Origin: an uncultured Thermoplasmata archaeon
GTDB lineage: Archaea; Thermoplasmatota; Thermoplasmata; UBA10834
Length of the DNA stretch: 64,000 bases
Assembly (NCBI GenBank): GCA_963748615.1
Contig: CAVVJQ010000003.1
Coordinates: 304,599-368,598 of the forward strand
Direction of reading: 5' to 3'
Shown: in pieces, positions 40,648 to 51,576 of the stretch
Numbering within the stretch: position 1 is the first letter of the stretch
Layout of the letters: each line of letters begins with the position of its first letter
Program-made: the position numbers and the translations under genes
Notes under the pieces: generated by a model
Database searches by the model: none
Seen by the model: the letters and a program-made list of their open reading frames with translations, nothing else
Told to the model about the DNA's origin: nothing

Positions 40648-40956
40648 ATCGATGGCGCATAATAGAACGCCGTTCTTTAATAGTTTGTATCATGGAGCAG
40701 GCCCTTGGCCGAGCGTCTAGCTCTGCAATGACACCTGCCCGATCATGGAACTAGTAGAGTCGTTCAGGATATAGGCAATGTAGTCGACATCCGAATCATG
40801 CGCTCCAGCATCAGTTGCGCGAGAGAAGATTCGTGATGACTCAGTAAATGGCTCGCGAGTCTTGCTGCATCGAGGAACAGCTCAATCGCAGCATACGGAC
40901 ATGAATTAGTTATATTCACGATGCATTTCCAAATAGGACATGTGAGGTGGGACGTG

Positions 40957-42717
40957 ATGGGAGAGATGGACCGAGATGGAGTGACGGAAACTCCGGAGAG
41001 GCCGATCAAAGGATCGGGGACAATCTCTCGCAAACTCCTCGCAGTCATGATTGTAACTGTTCTACTTGGGGCATCAGGCATATTCGTGTGGTATGAGTAC
41101 TTCAGACACTGGGACGTCGATGACCTCAACGATGCGGTCAATGTCATAAACGAGATGGGCCCGATCATCGAAGGGTTCGACACGGATCTCGCTGGAAGGA
41201 CTGTGACTGTCGACGCGGAGGTCAAGGATATCCGAACTCATCAGACGAGTCTGGGGCAACTGAATCTGATATATCTGGTGGGTGGAAGATATGTGGGACT
41301 CATGCAATGGGGACCTATCGATTTCGAGGTCGGCGATTCAATCGAGATGAAAGTCTCCTTCGAGTGGGCCGTTATAAATGGAGTCGAGGGGGTCTACTCC
41401 CCCCAGGCAGTGCTCGGGATCGGCCATCTCGAGCAGATACAAATCATATTCCAGGAGGGGAACTGGGTCTCCTCCGAATGGGTCGCAGAATTGGAGGATA
41501 CGCAGGAGGACGTCATAATCAGAATCATCAAGGTTGGTGAACCGGTTCAACTGTCTATCTGCAATTGCAGCATCAGGGCGGGTGCCAATGTTGGCACCAT
41601 GGAGTACGCGGATTTGCTGGGATATTATGCAGACACACCAGATCTGGACGGTATGTCGGACTTGAAGAACACCGAAGGACCGAACGGCACAATATCATTC
41701 TCTGATGCGAACGACGATGGATATCTGGATGACGGCGATTCGTTCACCCTGCACAATTTGGCCCGGCCGAATACAGCATGCGGAGCGCAGACATATTTCC
41801 TGAGAGTGTCACGGATATTCTATGAGGACGAGGCCCTACCGTATGCTGTGTACCAAGAGCCGCACGTGTTCCATGCATATATCGTCATGACGCAAGAGGG
41901 GGTTCTGTGGGTCACGGATTCGGGAATGCCTCATGCCACGGCATCACTTAGGACCGTTCAGGAAGGGGTGGTGGTCACGATAGATTATACTTCGAAACCT
42001 GTGAGCTGGGATGATATTGCGTTTCTATTCTCCGATGGAATGAACAGCGGGAACTGGCATCCGAACGCGACGGCGCTCATGAGCGATGCTCCAGCGCAAT
42101 ACAGCTGTGGCGTGGAAGATATAAATGAAATGTCAATAGAGTGTATTGTCACGGATCATGCAGGCAATGGTCTCCTCGATGTCGACGATATGATCGAGAT
42201 CGTTGCCGTGGACGGTACCCATCTCAACCGAACAAGATACTCCACAGTCTTCTGCATATGCACGCAATTGTCGACTGCGATGTTCGATGAGTCATTTCTC
42301 TATGATGCCATCCCCGTAAGCGAGTGCGCCATCGTGAACGACGAATATTCGATCGCAGTGACATTCGGTCCAGTCCACAACGGAACCGGATACAATTATG
42401 AATTGATGGATATCTTCTGGGACGAGGTTGTTATCGACATAGGATACGACGAGAACATGGTCGAATGGAACCCCGATGTCTCCATCATGATGACGGGTGT
42501 GCAGACCACTTGGATCTCCGATGGCATCCAGCTCGGAAATATGTCCGTGCTCTGCATCATAGAGGACCTCCAGGGCAACGGACTAGTAAACACAGGGGAC
42601 ACCGTCCAGATCCTCGTCACCTTGGGAGAAGGGTTCAGTCCGGATACGGATTATTCGCTCAGTGTCCATCACATTCCCACGGACTCAGACATCTGCGCGG
42701 TGACGTTCACGGGATGA
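40957..42717 (+). CDS. type-II membrane-anchored extracellular protein with three internal ~130-aa repeats (hypothetical)
   Basis: N-terminal TM LLAVMIVTVLLGASGIFVW. Repeated motif D-x-x-GNG-x-LD-x-GD (DANDDGYLDDGDSF, TDHAGNGLLDVDDMI, EDLQGNGLVNTGDTV). TATA-like ttatatt ~50 nt upstream of this ATG. Confidence 0.55.
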   Translation: MGEMDRDGVTETPERPIKGSGTISRKLLAVMIVTVLLGASGIFVWYEYFRHWDVDDLNDAVNVINEMGPIIEGFDTDLAGRTVTVDAEVKDIRTHQTSLGQLNLIYLVGGRYVGLMQWGPIDFEVGDSIEMKVSFEWAVINGVEGVYSPQAVLGIGHLEQIQIIFQEGNWVSSEWVAELEDTQEDVIIRIIKVGEPVQLSICNCSIRAGANVGTMEYADLLGYYADTPDLDGMSDLKNTEGPNGTISFSDANDDGYLDDGDSFTLHNLARPNTACGAQTYFLRVSRIFYEDEALPYAVYQEPHVFHAYIVMTQEGVLWVTDSGMPHATASLRTVQEGVVVTIDYTSKPVSWDDIAFLFSDGMNSGNWHPNATALMSDAPAQYSCGVEDINEMSIECIVTDHAGNGLLDVDDMIEIVAVDGTHLNRTRYSTVFCICTQLSTAMFDESFLYDAIPVSECAIVNDEYSIAVTFGPVHNGTGYNYELMDIFWDEVVIDIGYDENMVEWNPDVSIMMTGVQTTWISDGIQLGNMSVLCIIEDLQGNGLVNTGDTVQILVTLGEGFSPDTDYSLSVHHIPTDSDICAVTFTG

Positions 42718-43179
42718 TATTCGACGATTATGCGGGCCTGAGTACGAAATCCTCAAATACCACGCAGTTGTAGATAGTAGGGGGAGGACCGTCGGAGCGA
42801 CACATGTTGCTTCGTGAACCGAGTTCGAAACGCATATATACAGCATCGAACTTAGCGGGACTACCCAATCTGCGACATACGGCGATGGTTGAGAGGGAGG
42901 CGCTTATGCCTTTTCTGATGATCAACCAACATCCACTTGTCGCAGACATGATGGAGGATCGAGATCTCCGGCGTTAGCCGTGTACTCTCGATTCTGACGT
43001 TCGATGGCAGAATAGGTTTCGTGCAAAAAACTCCGCGACGACACGTTCGTCGCGCAGCAGGGAACACGTATAATAGGTGCTAAAGTGAGTGATCCTTGTC
43101 AATTCAAGAAACGAAGACCAAGCGAAATTGCGACCGACAATAATAGTGAATGATAGTACTGTGTATCGACGACAGATCA

Positions 43180-44646
<1,467 letters not shown>

Positions 44647-44882
44647 TACGCAATCAACGGAGGGGAACTACCCCTCCAACCAGATTTGCAGAAGAAGGCA
44701 TGGTTCCAAGACCTGGAACGCAACTGTCTGCCATCGAACGACCATCATAACTTTTTCATTCACATCGATCAGCTTCAGCTCTTTTGACATTGAACCTGAA
44801 AAGTGCGAAAACGCTCTTGAGCCAATGGATCAAGAAGATAAAACGGTAAGAGGTTTAATGGGTTTTATCTCGACTTCCACCA

Positions 44883-46499
44883 TCATTCTACAGGCGGTGG
44901 AGGCACGGACTTCGGTCTCATGAACATCATGACGACCAACAGCAGGATGACTATGATGACCAGAACGATCACGACATAGTTCATCGTGTTGTCCGTATCA
45001 TCGGCCGCTACGTCAGCGCTCACGTTGTCGAGCGAGTCCTGCAGCAGTGCCACCTGGTCCTGCAGTGCGCCGATCTCGTCCATCAGATCCTGGTTGTCAG
45101 AGGATACGGACGATTCCAGCGCCGCCAGTGCATCCTCCAGATCAGACACCTGTGTCTGGAGAGCGGCTATCTCCGTCTGAAGTGCGGCTATGTCCTCGGC
45201 CTGCAAGTCCACCTGACCAGATAGAGCATCCAACTGTGCTGTCATTGCATCCTGCAAAGCAGTCAGGTTCTCTTCGAGCATGGCCACCTGCTCCTCGAGC
45301 GTGTATGCACTCAGCACGGTGAATTCGAGTTCAACTTCGTTGAATTCGATACCCCCTGCATCGGTGTTTATGTACCATAGGACCGAGACGATGTAGTCAC
45401 CGGGACCGAAACTCACGGGCACGGTCATATCGAACCCGACTGACGAGTATGTCCCAGAGACATATCCATAGATGGGATTGAATGGAATGTCGTCGGATGA
45501 CATTATCGCCGCGAGATATTCAATGCCGCTATCTGGCATCGCATATGCCAGGTCAACGCTGACCATGACGGTGAAGCTCTCTCCCGGGTTCAAGGTCGTC
45601 TTTGACAGGCTCGCGTGCGTTACATACACCTGCAGTGATGAGACATCGCCACGGGTGGCCAGATCGTCGTTCCCGCCGAGGGCGTAGATGATGCCCTCTG
45701 AACTCATGGCCGCGCCGAGGTACCTGGCAGCGAACGTGACATTCTCGAGCTGCGTCCATTCAGCGGTTTCCGTGTTGTAGCAGAAGCTTGTGTTGTAAGC
45801 TTCACCGACGTTCCATCCACTCGAACTCCCGCCAATGACGTATATGAGAGCATCCGGACCCATTATGGCAGCGTGCGCTGCAAGGGCGATCGGCATATTA
45901 TCCAATGTGCTCCATGAGTCGTCCCAGTAGTAGTATCTGTAGACACTGTCAGTCGCAGTGTAGGCACCATCTCCGCCGCCGAAGTAGTAGAAGTACGAGC
46001 CGTCCGCCACCAATGCGCCGGCAATCGGTGCCGCGGGTGCGCTCGCCCTCGCGGACCATACGCCAGTCTCGGTGTTATAGATGTATGTCGCGGAACCCAG
46101 ACCTTCGCCGCCGACCAGCAGAACCTCATAGTCGTAATAGCCGGCAACCGCCTTGCCTTCCCAGACAGTTCCTGGAGCAACGGTGCCGTAGCTCCAGCTG
46201 TCAGTCATGGGGTCGTATATCTGGGTGTAATCAACTGCGCCCAAGGAAGTGTTGACACCTCCTATCACATATATCTTCCCGTCGTGTCCCATTGCACCAG
46301 CTGCGCCTCGCACACCAACATCCATGGGGGCGATTGCGGACCAATCTCCTGTCGCTGGATCAAAGGCATAGCAATCTGGGACCACTGCCCCATATCCAGA
46401 TCCGGCGAATTCGTTCACTCCGCTGAGCGCGTATACTATGCCGTCCTCGCTCTGAACAACAACTCCCTGCGTCATATTGAGAGCCATTGGCCCCTCCAC
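44883..46499 (-). CDS. Kelch-repeat beta-propeller surface protein with coiled-coil stalk and C-terminal TM anchor (signal peptide apparently in a different frame upstream)
   Basis: Repeated GG/Y/W Kelch blades (GKIYVIGG, ALIYVIGG, GIIYALGG). A ~90-aa heptad region (ALQDAMTAQLDALSG...IAALQTEIAALQTQVSDLEDALAALE). TM segment VIVLVIIVILLLVVMMFM. GTG start as listed in the ORF track. Confidence 0.7.
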   Translation of the reverse strand: MEGPMALNMTQGVVVQSEDGIVYALSGVNEFAGSGYGAVVPDCYAFDPATGDWSAIAPMDVGVRGAAGAMGHDGKIYVIGGVNTSLGAVDYTQIYDPMTDSWSYGTVAPGTVWEGKAVAGYYDYEVLLVGGEGLGSATYIYNTETGVWSARASAPAAPIAGALVADGSYFYYFGGGDGAYTATDSVYRYYYWDDSWSTLDNMPIALAAHAAIMGPDALIYVIGGSSSGWNVGEAYNTSFCYNTETAEWTQLENVTFAARYLGAAMSSEGIIYALGGNDDLATRGDVSSLQVYVTHASLSKTTLNPGESFTVMVSVDLAYAMPDSGIEYLAAIMSSDDIPFNPIYGYVSGTYSSVGFDMTVPVSFGPGDYIVSVLWYINTDAGGIEFNEVELEFTVLSAYTLEEQVAMLEENLTALQDAMTAQLDALSGQVDLQAEDIAALQTEIAALQTQVSDLEDALAALESSVSSDNQDLMDEIGALQDQVALLQDSLDNVSADVAADDTDNTMNYVVIVLVIIVILLLVVMMFMRPKSVPPPPVE

Positions 46500-47020
46500 C
46501 TGCCATGTCGGGACAGTAGGACGCCCCTGATGCAGAAGGAAGACTTGCCAGTGAGCATAGTGCCAATAACGACACGATGCATACTGCCATGCCTCTCACT
46601 ACCATAACATTCTTCATTTTCTCAACCTCATCGATCCACCCAATATACATTGAGTGCATCCCAATAGGCCATCTGAGCCTAATTCAATATCGTATGAGCG
46701 GTTTAAAAGTCCTCCGGAATCCACATTTCCAAATGTAAGAAGAATCGGCGCAATGTCGAAGCCCACGGAAAGTGAACCAGGAGAAAGGAGAAGACAGAAT
46801 CAACAATGTGAAACGGAATGGACTATGGCAATATTCAACATCCATCGAAAAACAATCGATAAGTGCACGGTGAAAACCAACTGACTTTCGATGCCTGTTC
46901 CGAATGTTTTTATACCACGGCTCGATACCTCCAATCACACGGCTTATCCGCAGGTCTGGCATCCTTTTGGCTGCACCTGTGTGGAAATAGGGTGATACTC
47001 CGAGCTAGGGAAGAGATACC

Positions 47021-48046
47021 ATGATGATTTTGAAGATGAAGAAAGAGGACCTTCCTGCTTTCCTCGAGAGCGCAAAGGAATGGGGAGAGCTATGGGGTCC
47101 TGCGAGCAAGGGAGGGAAGACCACCTACGCGAAGGTCGAGTCGCTCTCCCAGATGGATCTGAAGGCGACCAGGACGGTCATCCCGCCGAAGAAGTTCCTA
47201 TACCCGCCAAAGTTCACAATGTTCGACTTTGACGAGGAAGGTTTCGTCGAGAGGACGGGCGACGTCTCGAAGAAGATTCTGTTCGGTCTCCACCCATGCG
47301 ACATACACGGGATATTGATCATGGACAAGCTCTTCCTGGAGACATACAAGGATCCGTATTACGCCGAGCGCAGGGAGAAGACCATACTCATGGGTCACAG
47401 CTGCATCCCGGATGAGAGGTGCATGTGCTTCGCGACGAACACGGATTTCGTCGCTGAGGGCTTCGACCTGTTCTTCACGGACCTCAAGATGTTCTACCTG
47501 GTCTGGGTCGGCTCGAGCAGGGGACACGACCTCATCAGGATGAGGCCCGAGCTGTTCAGCAGGGACATCAACAAGGACGATATCCTCAATTACACTGAAT
47601 ACCGGAAGTGGAAGAACTCCCAGTTCAAGGCGAAGGTGGACTTCACCGGCATGCCTGACATATTCGAGCTCGCATACAGCAGCCCGATATGGGAGGAGCT
47701 GGGGGAGAAGTGCCTGTCATGTGGACAGTGCTCCATGGTCTGCCCGACCTGCAACTGCTTCAACGTGGTCGACGAGGTCGAACTCGGGACCGCGGAAGGT
47801 ACGAGGGAACGGTCCTGGGACAGCTGCATGTTCAGGGAGTATTCGCTCGTAGCGGGCGGCCACAACTTCAGAGACAAGAGAGCAGACAGACTGAGGCTCT
47901 GGTACACTCACAAACTGCAGGCATACATCGGCGAGTTCGGGAAGCCGGCCTGCGTTGGCTGCGGAAGATGCGTCTCGACCTGCCCGGTCGATATCAATGT
48001 CGAGACGGTCTCGCAGGCGTTGAAGGAACAGGAGGTGGGCAAGTGA
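47021..48046 (+). CDS. hydB: sulfhydrogenase-type NiFe hydrogenase beta subunit (HydB/AsrA-like, 4Fe-4S)
   Basis: Two ferredoxin-like CxxCxxCxxxCP motifs (CLSCGQCSMVCP, CVGCGRCVSTCP). Homology pattern of group-3b beta subunits. Confidence 0.8.
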   Translation: MMILKMKKEDLPAFLESAKEWGELWGPASKGGKTTYAKVESLSQMDLKATRTVIPPKKFLYPPKFTMFDFDEEGFVERTGDVSKKILFGLHPCDIHGILIMDKLFLETYKDPYYAERREKTILMGHSCIPDERCMCFATNTDFVAEGFDLFFTDLKMFYLVWVGSSRGHDLIRMRPELFSRDINKDDILNYTEYRKWKNSQFKAKVDFTGMPDIFELAYSSPIWEELGEKCLSCGQCSMVCPTCNCFNVVDEVELGTAEGTRERSWDSCMFREYSLVAGGHNFRDKRADRLRLWYTHKLQAYIGEFGKPACVGCGRCVSTCPVDINVETVSQALKEQEVGK

Positions 48047-48945
48047 AGAGACTGTGCGTAGTGCTGGACGACAGGGAGGTCGATGAGAACCCATACCAGC
48101 CGGACATGTGGAGGATCGTCCGCAAGTACCCGTTGACCAGCGATGTGAATTTCTTCCAGGTGAGGCCCGTGGATGTGGACGAGGCGTTGAAGATGAGCTA
48201 TCTTCCTGGGCAGTTCGTCATGCTCTCCGTCCCTGGAGAGGGTGAGGCACCGTTCTGCATATCGTCCACGCCTTCGAGACCGGGACTCCTGGAGTTCTGC
48301 ATAAGGAAGACGGGGACCCTGACGGAATCCCTCTTCGGACTGAAGGAGAACCAGACCATCGGGATAAGAGGACCTTACGGGAACACTTTCCCCATCGAGA
48401 AGATGGAAGGCAAGGACATCATGATCGTCGCCGGAGGTATGGGAGTCGCTCCGCTGAGGTCGCTGCTGCTTTACATCCTGGACAACAGGGACAAGTTCGG
48501 CAAGGTGACCTACCTGCACGGCGCGAAGAACCCTGGTGAGATGCTCTTCAGGGATGAGTTCTTCCAGCTGAAGGAGCGGGAGGACCTGAACTGTCTCTTG
48601 ACGGTGGACAAGGACGACACGGGCAAGTGGACCGAGAAGGTCGGATTGATCACGACCCTGTTCAAGGACCTCGGACCGGTCGACGCGAAGAACACATACG
48701 CGGCCGTGTGCGGTCCGCCTATCATGTACAAGTTCGTGATGGAACACCTGGTGAAGCTCGGGATACCGAAGCATCAGATCGTCATGACCCTGGAGAGGAG
48801 GATGAAGTGTGGGGTCGGCAAGTGCGGGCACTGTGCCATAGAATATCTGTACACTTGCATCGACGGTCCTATATTCACCTACTGGGACGTGCTCCATATG
48901 AAGGAGCTCATAGGGAGGGGTGTCAGTGACAAAATCATCGCCTAA
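48043..48945 (+). CDS. hydG: sulfhydrogenase gamma subunit (FAD/NAD(P)-binding, 2Fe-2S)
   Basis: Ferredoxin-reductase-like fold (GPYGN, MIVAGGMGVAPL). C-terminal CGVGKCGHC cluster. GTG start overlaps the hydB stop (GTGA). Confidence 0.8.
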   Translation: MKRLCVVLDDREVDENPYQPDMWRIVRKYPLTSDVNFFQVRPVDVDEALKMSYLPGQFVMLSVPGEGEAPFCISSTPSRPGLLEFCIRKTGTLTESLFGLKENQTIGIRGPYGNTFPIEKMEGKDIMIVAGGMGVAPLRSLLLYILDNRDKFGKVTYLHGAKNPGEMLFRDEFFQLKEREDLNCLLTVDKDDTGKWTEKVGLITTLFKDLGPVDAKNTYAAVCGPPIMYKFVMEHLVKLGIPKHQIVMTLERRMKCGVGKCGHCAIEYLYTCIDGPIFTYWDVLHMKELIGRGVSDKIIA

Positions 48946-49717
48946 GATCGGAATATACGGTTTCACGGGTTGCGCAGGCGACCAGCTCATGATACTCAAC
49001 TGCGAGGATCAGCTGGTGGACATCTTCGGCGCGACCGAGATACGCTCGTTCGTGATGGCGAAGAGCGACAACCACGAGGGAGAGCTGGATGTCGCGCTCG
49101 TTGAGGGTTCGATATCCACCGAGGCGCAGCTGAAGCATCTGAAGGATATCAGGGAGCGCGCCAAGATCCTCATCGCGATCGGCACATGCGCCTGCTGGGG
49201 AGGGCCCCAGGCGATGAAGCTCGGCGAGGGCGGATACGAGGAGCGCTACAAGAAGGTCTATGGCAACGCCAAGATCACCATATCCAAGGCATTCGAGGCG
49301 CAGCCACTGGACGCGTTCGTCAAGGTGGACATGAAGATCCCGGGATGCCCGATCGACAAGATGGAGTTCTTGAAATCAGTATCGAAACTGGTAGCTGGCA
49401 AACACCCATACCTGCTGAAGTCACCCGTATGTCTGGAGTGTAAGTGGAAGGAGAACACCTGCCTGCTCAACGAAGGCAAGTTCTGCGCAGGTCCACTCAC
49501 GAAGGGCGGTTGTGGCGCGGTATGCCCGTCGCACAACCTACCGTGCGTCGGCTGCTGGGGACCGACTGACGACCTGAACGTGACATCGGAGTACAACCTG
49601 CTCAAGGAGAAGGGGTACGATCCGGCTGAGATCATCACGAAGATCAGGAAGTTCGGAGGGTCTGGTGTCGTAGAGCTTGTCAAGGACCTCGAGAAGAAGA
49701 AGGGGGCTAAGAAATGA
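48920..49717 (+). CDS. hydD: NiFe hydrogenase small (delta) subunit
   Basis: N-terminal GCAGD plus proximal-cluster Cys (GTCACWGG, CxxC...CVGC). Confidence 0.8.
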   Translation: MSVTKSSPKIGIYGFTGCAGDQLMILNCEDQLVDIFGATEIRSFVMAKSDNHEGELDVALVEGSISTEAQLKHLKDIRERAKILIAIGTCACWGGPQAMKLGEGGYEERYKKVYGNAKITISKAFEAQPLDAFVKVDMKIPGCPIDKMEFLKSVSKLVAGKHPYLLKSPVCLECKWKENTCLLNEGKFCAGPLTKGGCGAVCPSHNLPCVGCWGPTDDLNVTSEYNLLKEKGYDPAEIITKIRKFGGSGVVELVKDLEKKKGAKK

Positions 49718-51006
49718 AGGAGCTTAACGTTCCAGCACTCGCAAGGGTCGAGGGAGACGGTGGCATAACCGTCACACTCGACGGCAAGAAGGTAAAGAGC
49801 GTCACATTGGATATCCATGAGGGCCCGAGGCTCATAGAGCAGCTGGTCCGCGGCATGACCCCGGCTGACGATCTGAACGTGGTGCCGAGGATATGCGCCA
49901 TATGCACCCTCTCGCACAAGTTCGCCGCGATCCGCGGCCTTGAGAAGGCGCTCGGCATAACGCCACCGGAGAAGGCGCAGCTCACGAGGGAGCTCATGAT
50001 GCTCGGGGAGAATGTCGAGAGCAACTCGCTCCACACGTTCCTGCTGGCCCTACCAGATTTCCTCGGATATCCGTCCGCGATCGCGATGTTGAACGACTTC
50101 GGGGACGATGTTAAACGCGCACTGCGCCTGAAGAAGTTCGGCAACCATGTCATGGAGGTCACGAGCGGAAGGATAGTCCACGGCGAGAACCCGGTCCTGG
50201 GAGGCTTTGGCAAGTATCCGAGCAAGAAGGCTCTGGAGGAGATCAAGCTCAGATCCCGTGAACTTGTCCCCGATGCGGCCCGAGCAGTCGAGCTGTTCGC
50301 GACGGCGGTCGAGTACCCGAAGTATCCAGAATCCGAGAAGATGGTCTTCATGTCCGTGAACGCGCCGAAGAAGCAGTACGGATACTATGGAGATACGATC
50401 CTCATCTCGAACGGCAAGGAGACGAGCGTGGAGGATTACAAGAAGCTCACGAACGAGCGTGTTGTCCCGCACTCCTTCGCCAAGAGGTCGTTGTTCAACG
50501 AGAAGACCTTCACGGTCGGTGCTAACGCAAGGATGGTCAACATGGGGAAGAGGCTGGACGGACAGGCCGCCGACCTCTTCAAGGAGCACTTCAACGAGAG
50601 GTGGCTCACGAACCCCTTGTACAACAATCTCGCGCAGGCCATCGAGCTGTTGTGGTCGATGGAGCACCTCCCGGAAGCATGCGACCAGGTCGCAGCGATG
50701 GACGATCCCGCGATAGAGATGCCGACAAGGCAGACAGGGTCTGGCACCGGAGCGGTCGAAGCTCCACGCGGTACGCTCTACCATCACTACGAGATTAAGG
50801 ACGGGCTGATCGATGTCGCGGACATCATCACACCCACGGCTCAGAACCTCGACGACATCGAGATGCATATGAAGCTCACGGCCGAGAGGATGCTCGCAGA
50901 TGACAAGAGCGATGCCGAGGTCAGATTGGGCCTTGAGATGGTAGCGAGGGCGTACGATCCATGCATAAGCTGCGCGACACACCTTGTGAATCTGAAGAGG
51001 ATCTGA
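49714..51006 (+). CDS. hydA: NiFe hydrogenase large (alpha) subunit
   Basis: N-terminal Ni-binding RICAICTLSH and C-terminal DPCISCATH motifs. 4-bp overlap with hydD. Confidence 0.9.
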   Translation: MKELNVPALARVEGDGGITVTLDGKKVKSVTLDIHEGPRLIEQLVRGMTPADDLNVVPRICAICTLSHKFAAIRGLEKALGITPPEKAQLTRELMMLGENVESNSLHTFLLALPDFLGYPSAIAMLNDFGDDVKRALRLKKFGNHVMEVTSGRIVHGENPVLGGFGKYPSKKALEEIKLRSRELVPDAARAVELFATAVEYPKYPESEKMVFMSVNAPKKQYGYYGDTILISNGKETSVEDYKKLTNERVVPHSFAKRSLFNEKTFTVGANARMVNMGKRLDGQAADLFKEHFNERWLTNPLYNNLAQAIELLWSMEHLPEACDQVAAMDDPAIEMPTRQTGSGTGAVEAPRGTLYHHYEIKDGLIDVADIITPTAQNLDDIEMHMKLTAERMLADDKSDAEVRLGLEMVARAYDPCISCATHLVNLKRI

Positions 51007-51479
51007 GGCACTGTCTCGCGGATATCGCGGGCAAGGGGCGAATATACGTCCTTGGCCTGGGGTACACGGACAAGGCCGATGACGGTGCGGGTGTGCTCGT
51101 GGCCGAGGCCTTGAAGAAACTCTTTCCAACCTATTCATTTTCTGAACATGACGGAGTAGAGGGCACTGTCCTGGACATCTCCGAGAAGCACGAGGATGCG
51201 ACCATATTCTTCGTGGACGCCGCGGGGCTCAAGGCAGAGCCTGGGACCATTCGCGTGATCATGAGAGAGGAGATACAGGACAGGGAGATCACGACTCACA
51301 GGGTCGCGGTCGCGCTGCTGTCCGCCATGCTGGCCAAGGAGGGCAAGAGGATCGCAGTCATCGGCATACAGCCAGGCACGATCGAGTTCCGAGCAGAGGT
51401 CTCGCAGCCAGTCGCGGAAGCAATCGCTGTGGTCACAGATGTCCTCGGCGACCTGATGAAGTCGGCGAACCATGACTGA
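50961..51479 (+). CDS. hydrogenase maturation endopeptidase (HycI/FrhD-like)
   Basis: ...YVLGLGYTDKADDGAGVLVAEAL... is the typical protease N-terminus. The start is uncertain because the ORF overlaps the hydA 3' end by 46 nt. Confidence 0.65.
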   Translation: MHKLRDTPCESEEDLRHCLADIAGKGRIYVLGLGYTDKADDGAGVLVAEALKKLFPTYSFSEHDGVEGTVLDISEKHEDATIFFVDAAGLKAEPGTIRVIMREEIQDREITTHRVAVALLSAMLAKEGKRIAVIGIQPGTIEFRAEVSQPVAEAIAVVTDVLGDLMKSANHD

Positions 51480-51576
51480 TTCGCCACCGTGGATCAGATA
51501 GGCCTGGTGACTCCATTAGAAGTTGTAGCAAATCTTTAAGTTGGTCCGAACTGTTCTCCGTATCCCGTGAGTTAAG

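Noticed and set aside
47908-51138. 363-aa and 362-aa minus-strand ORFs over the hydrogenase operon
   Set aside because: They are antisense to hydG/hydD and hydA. The hydrogenase subunits carry unambiguous Ni/Fe-S motifs, whereas the antisense products are Arg/His/Leu-rich.
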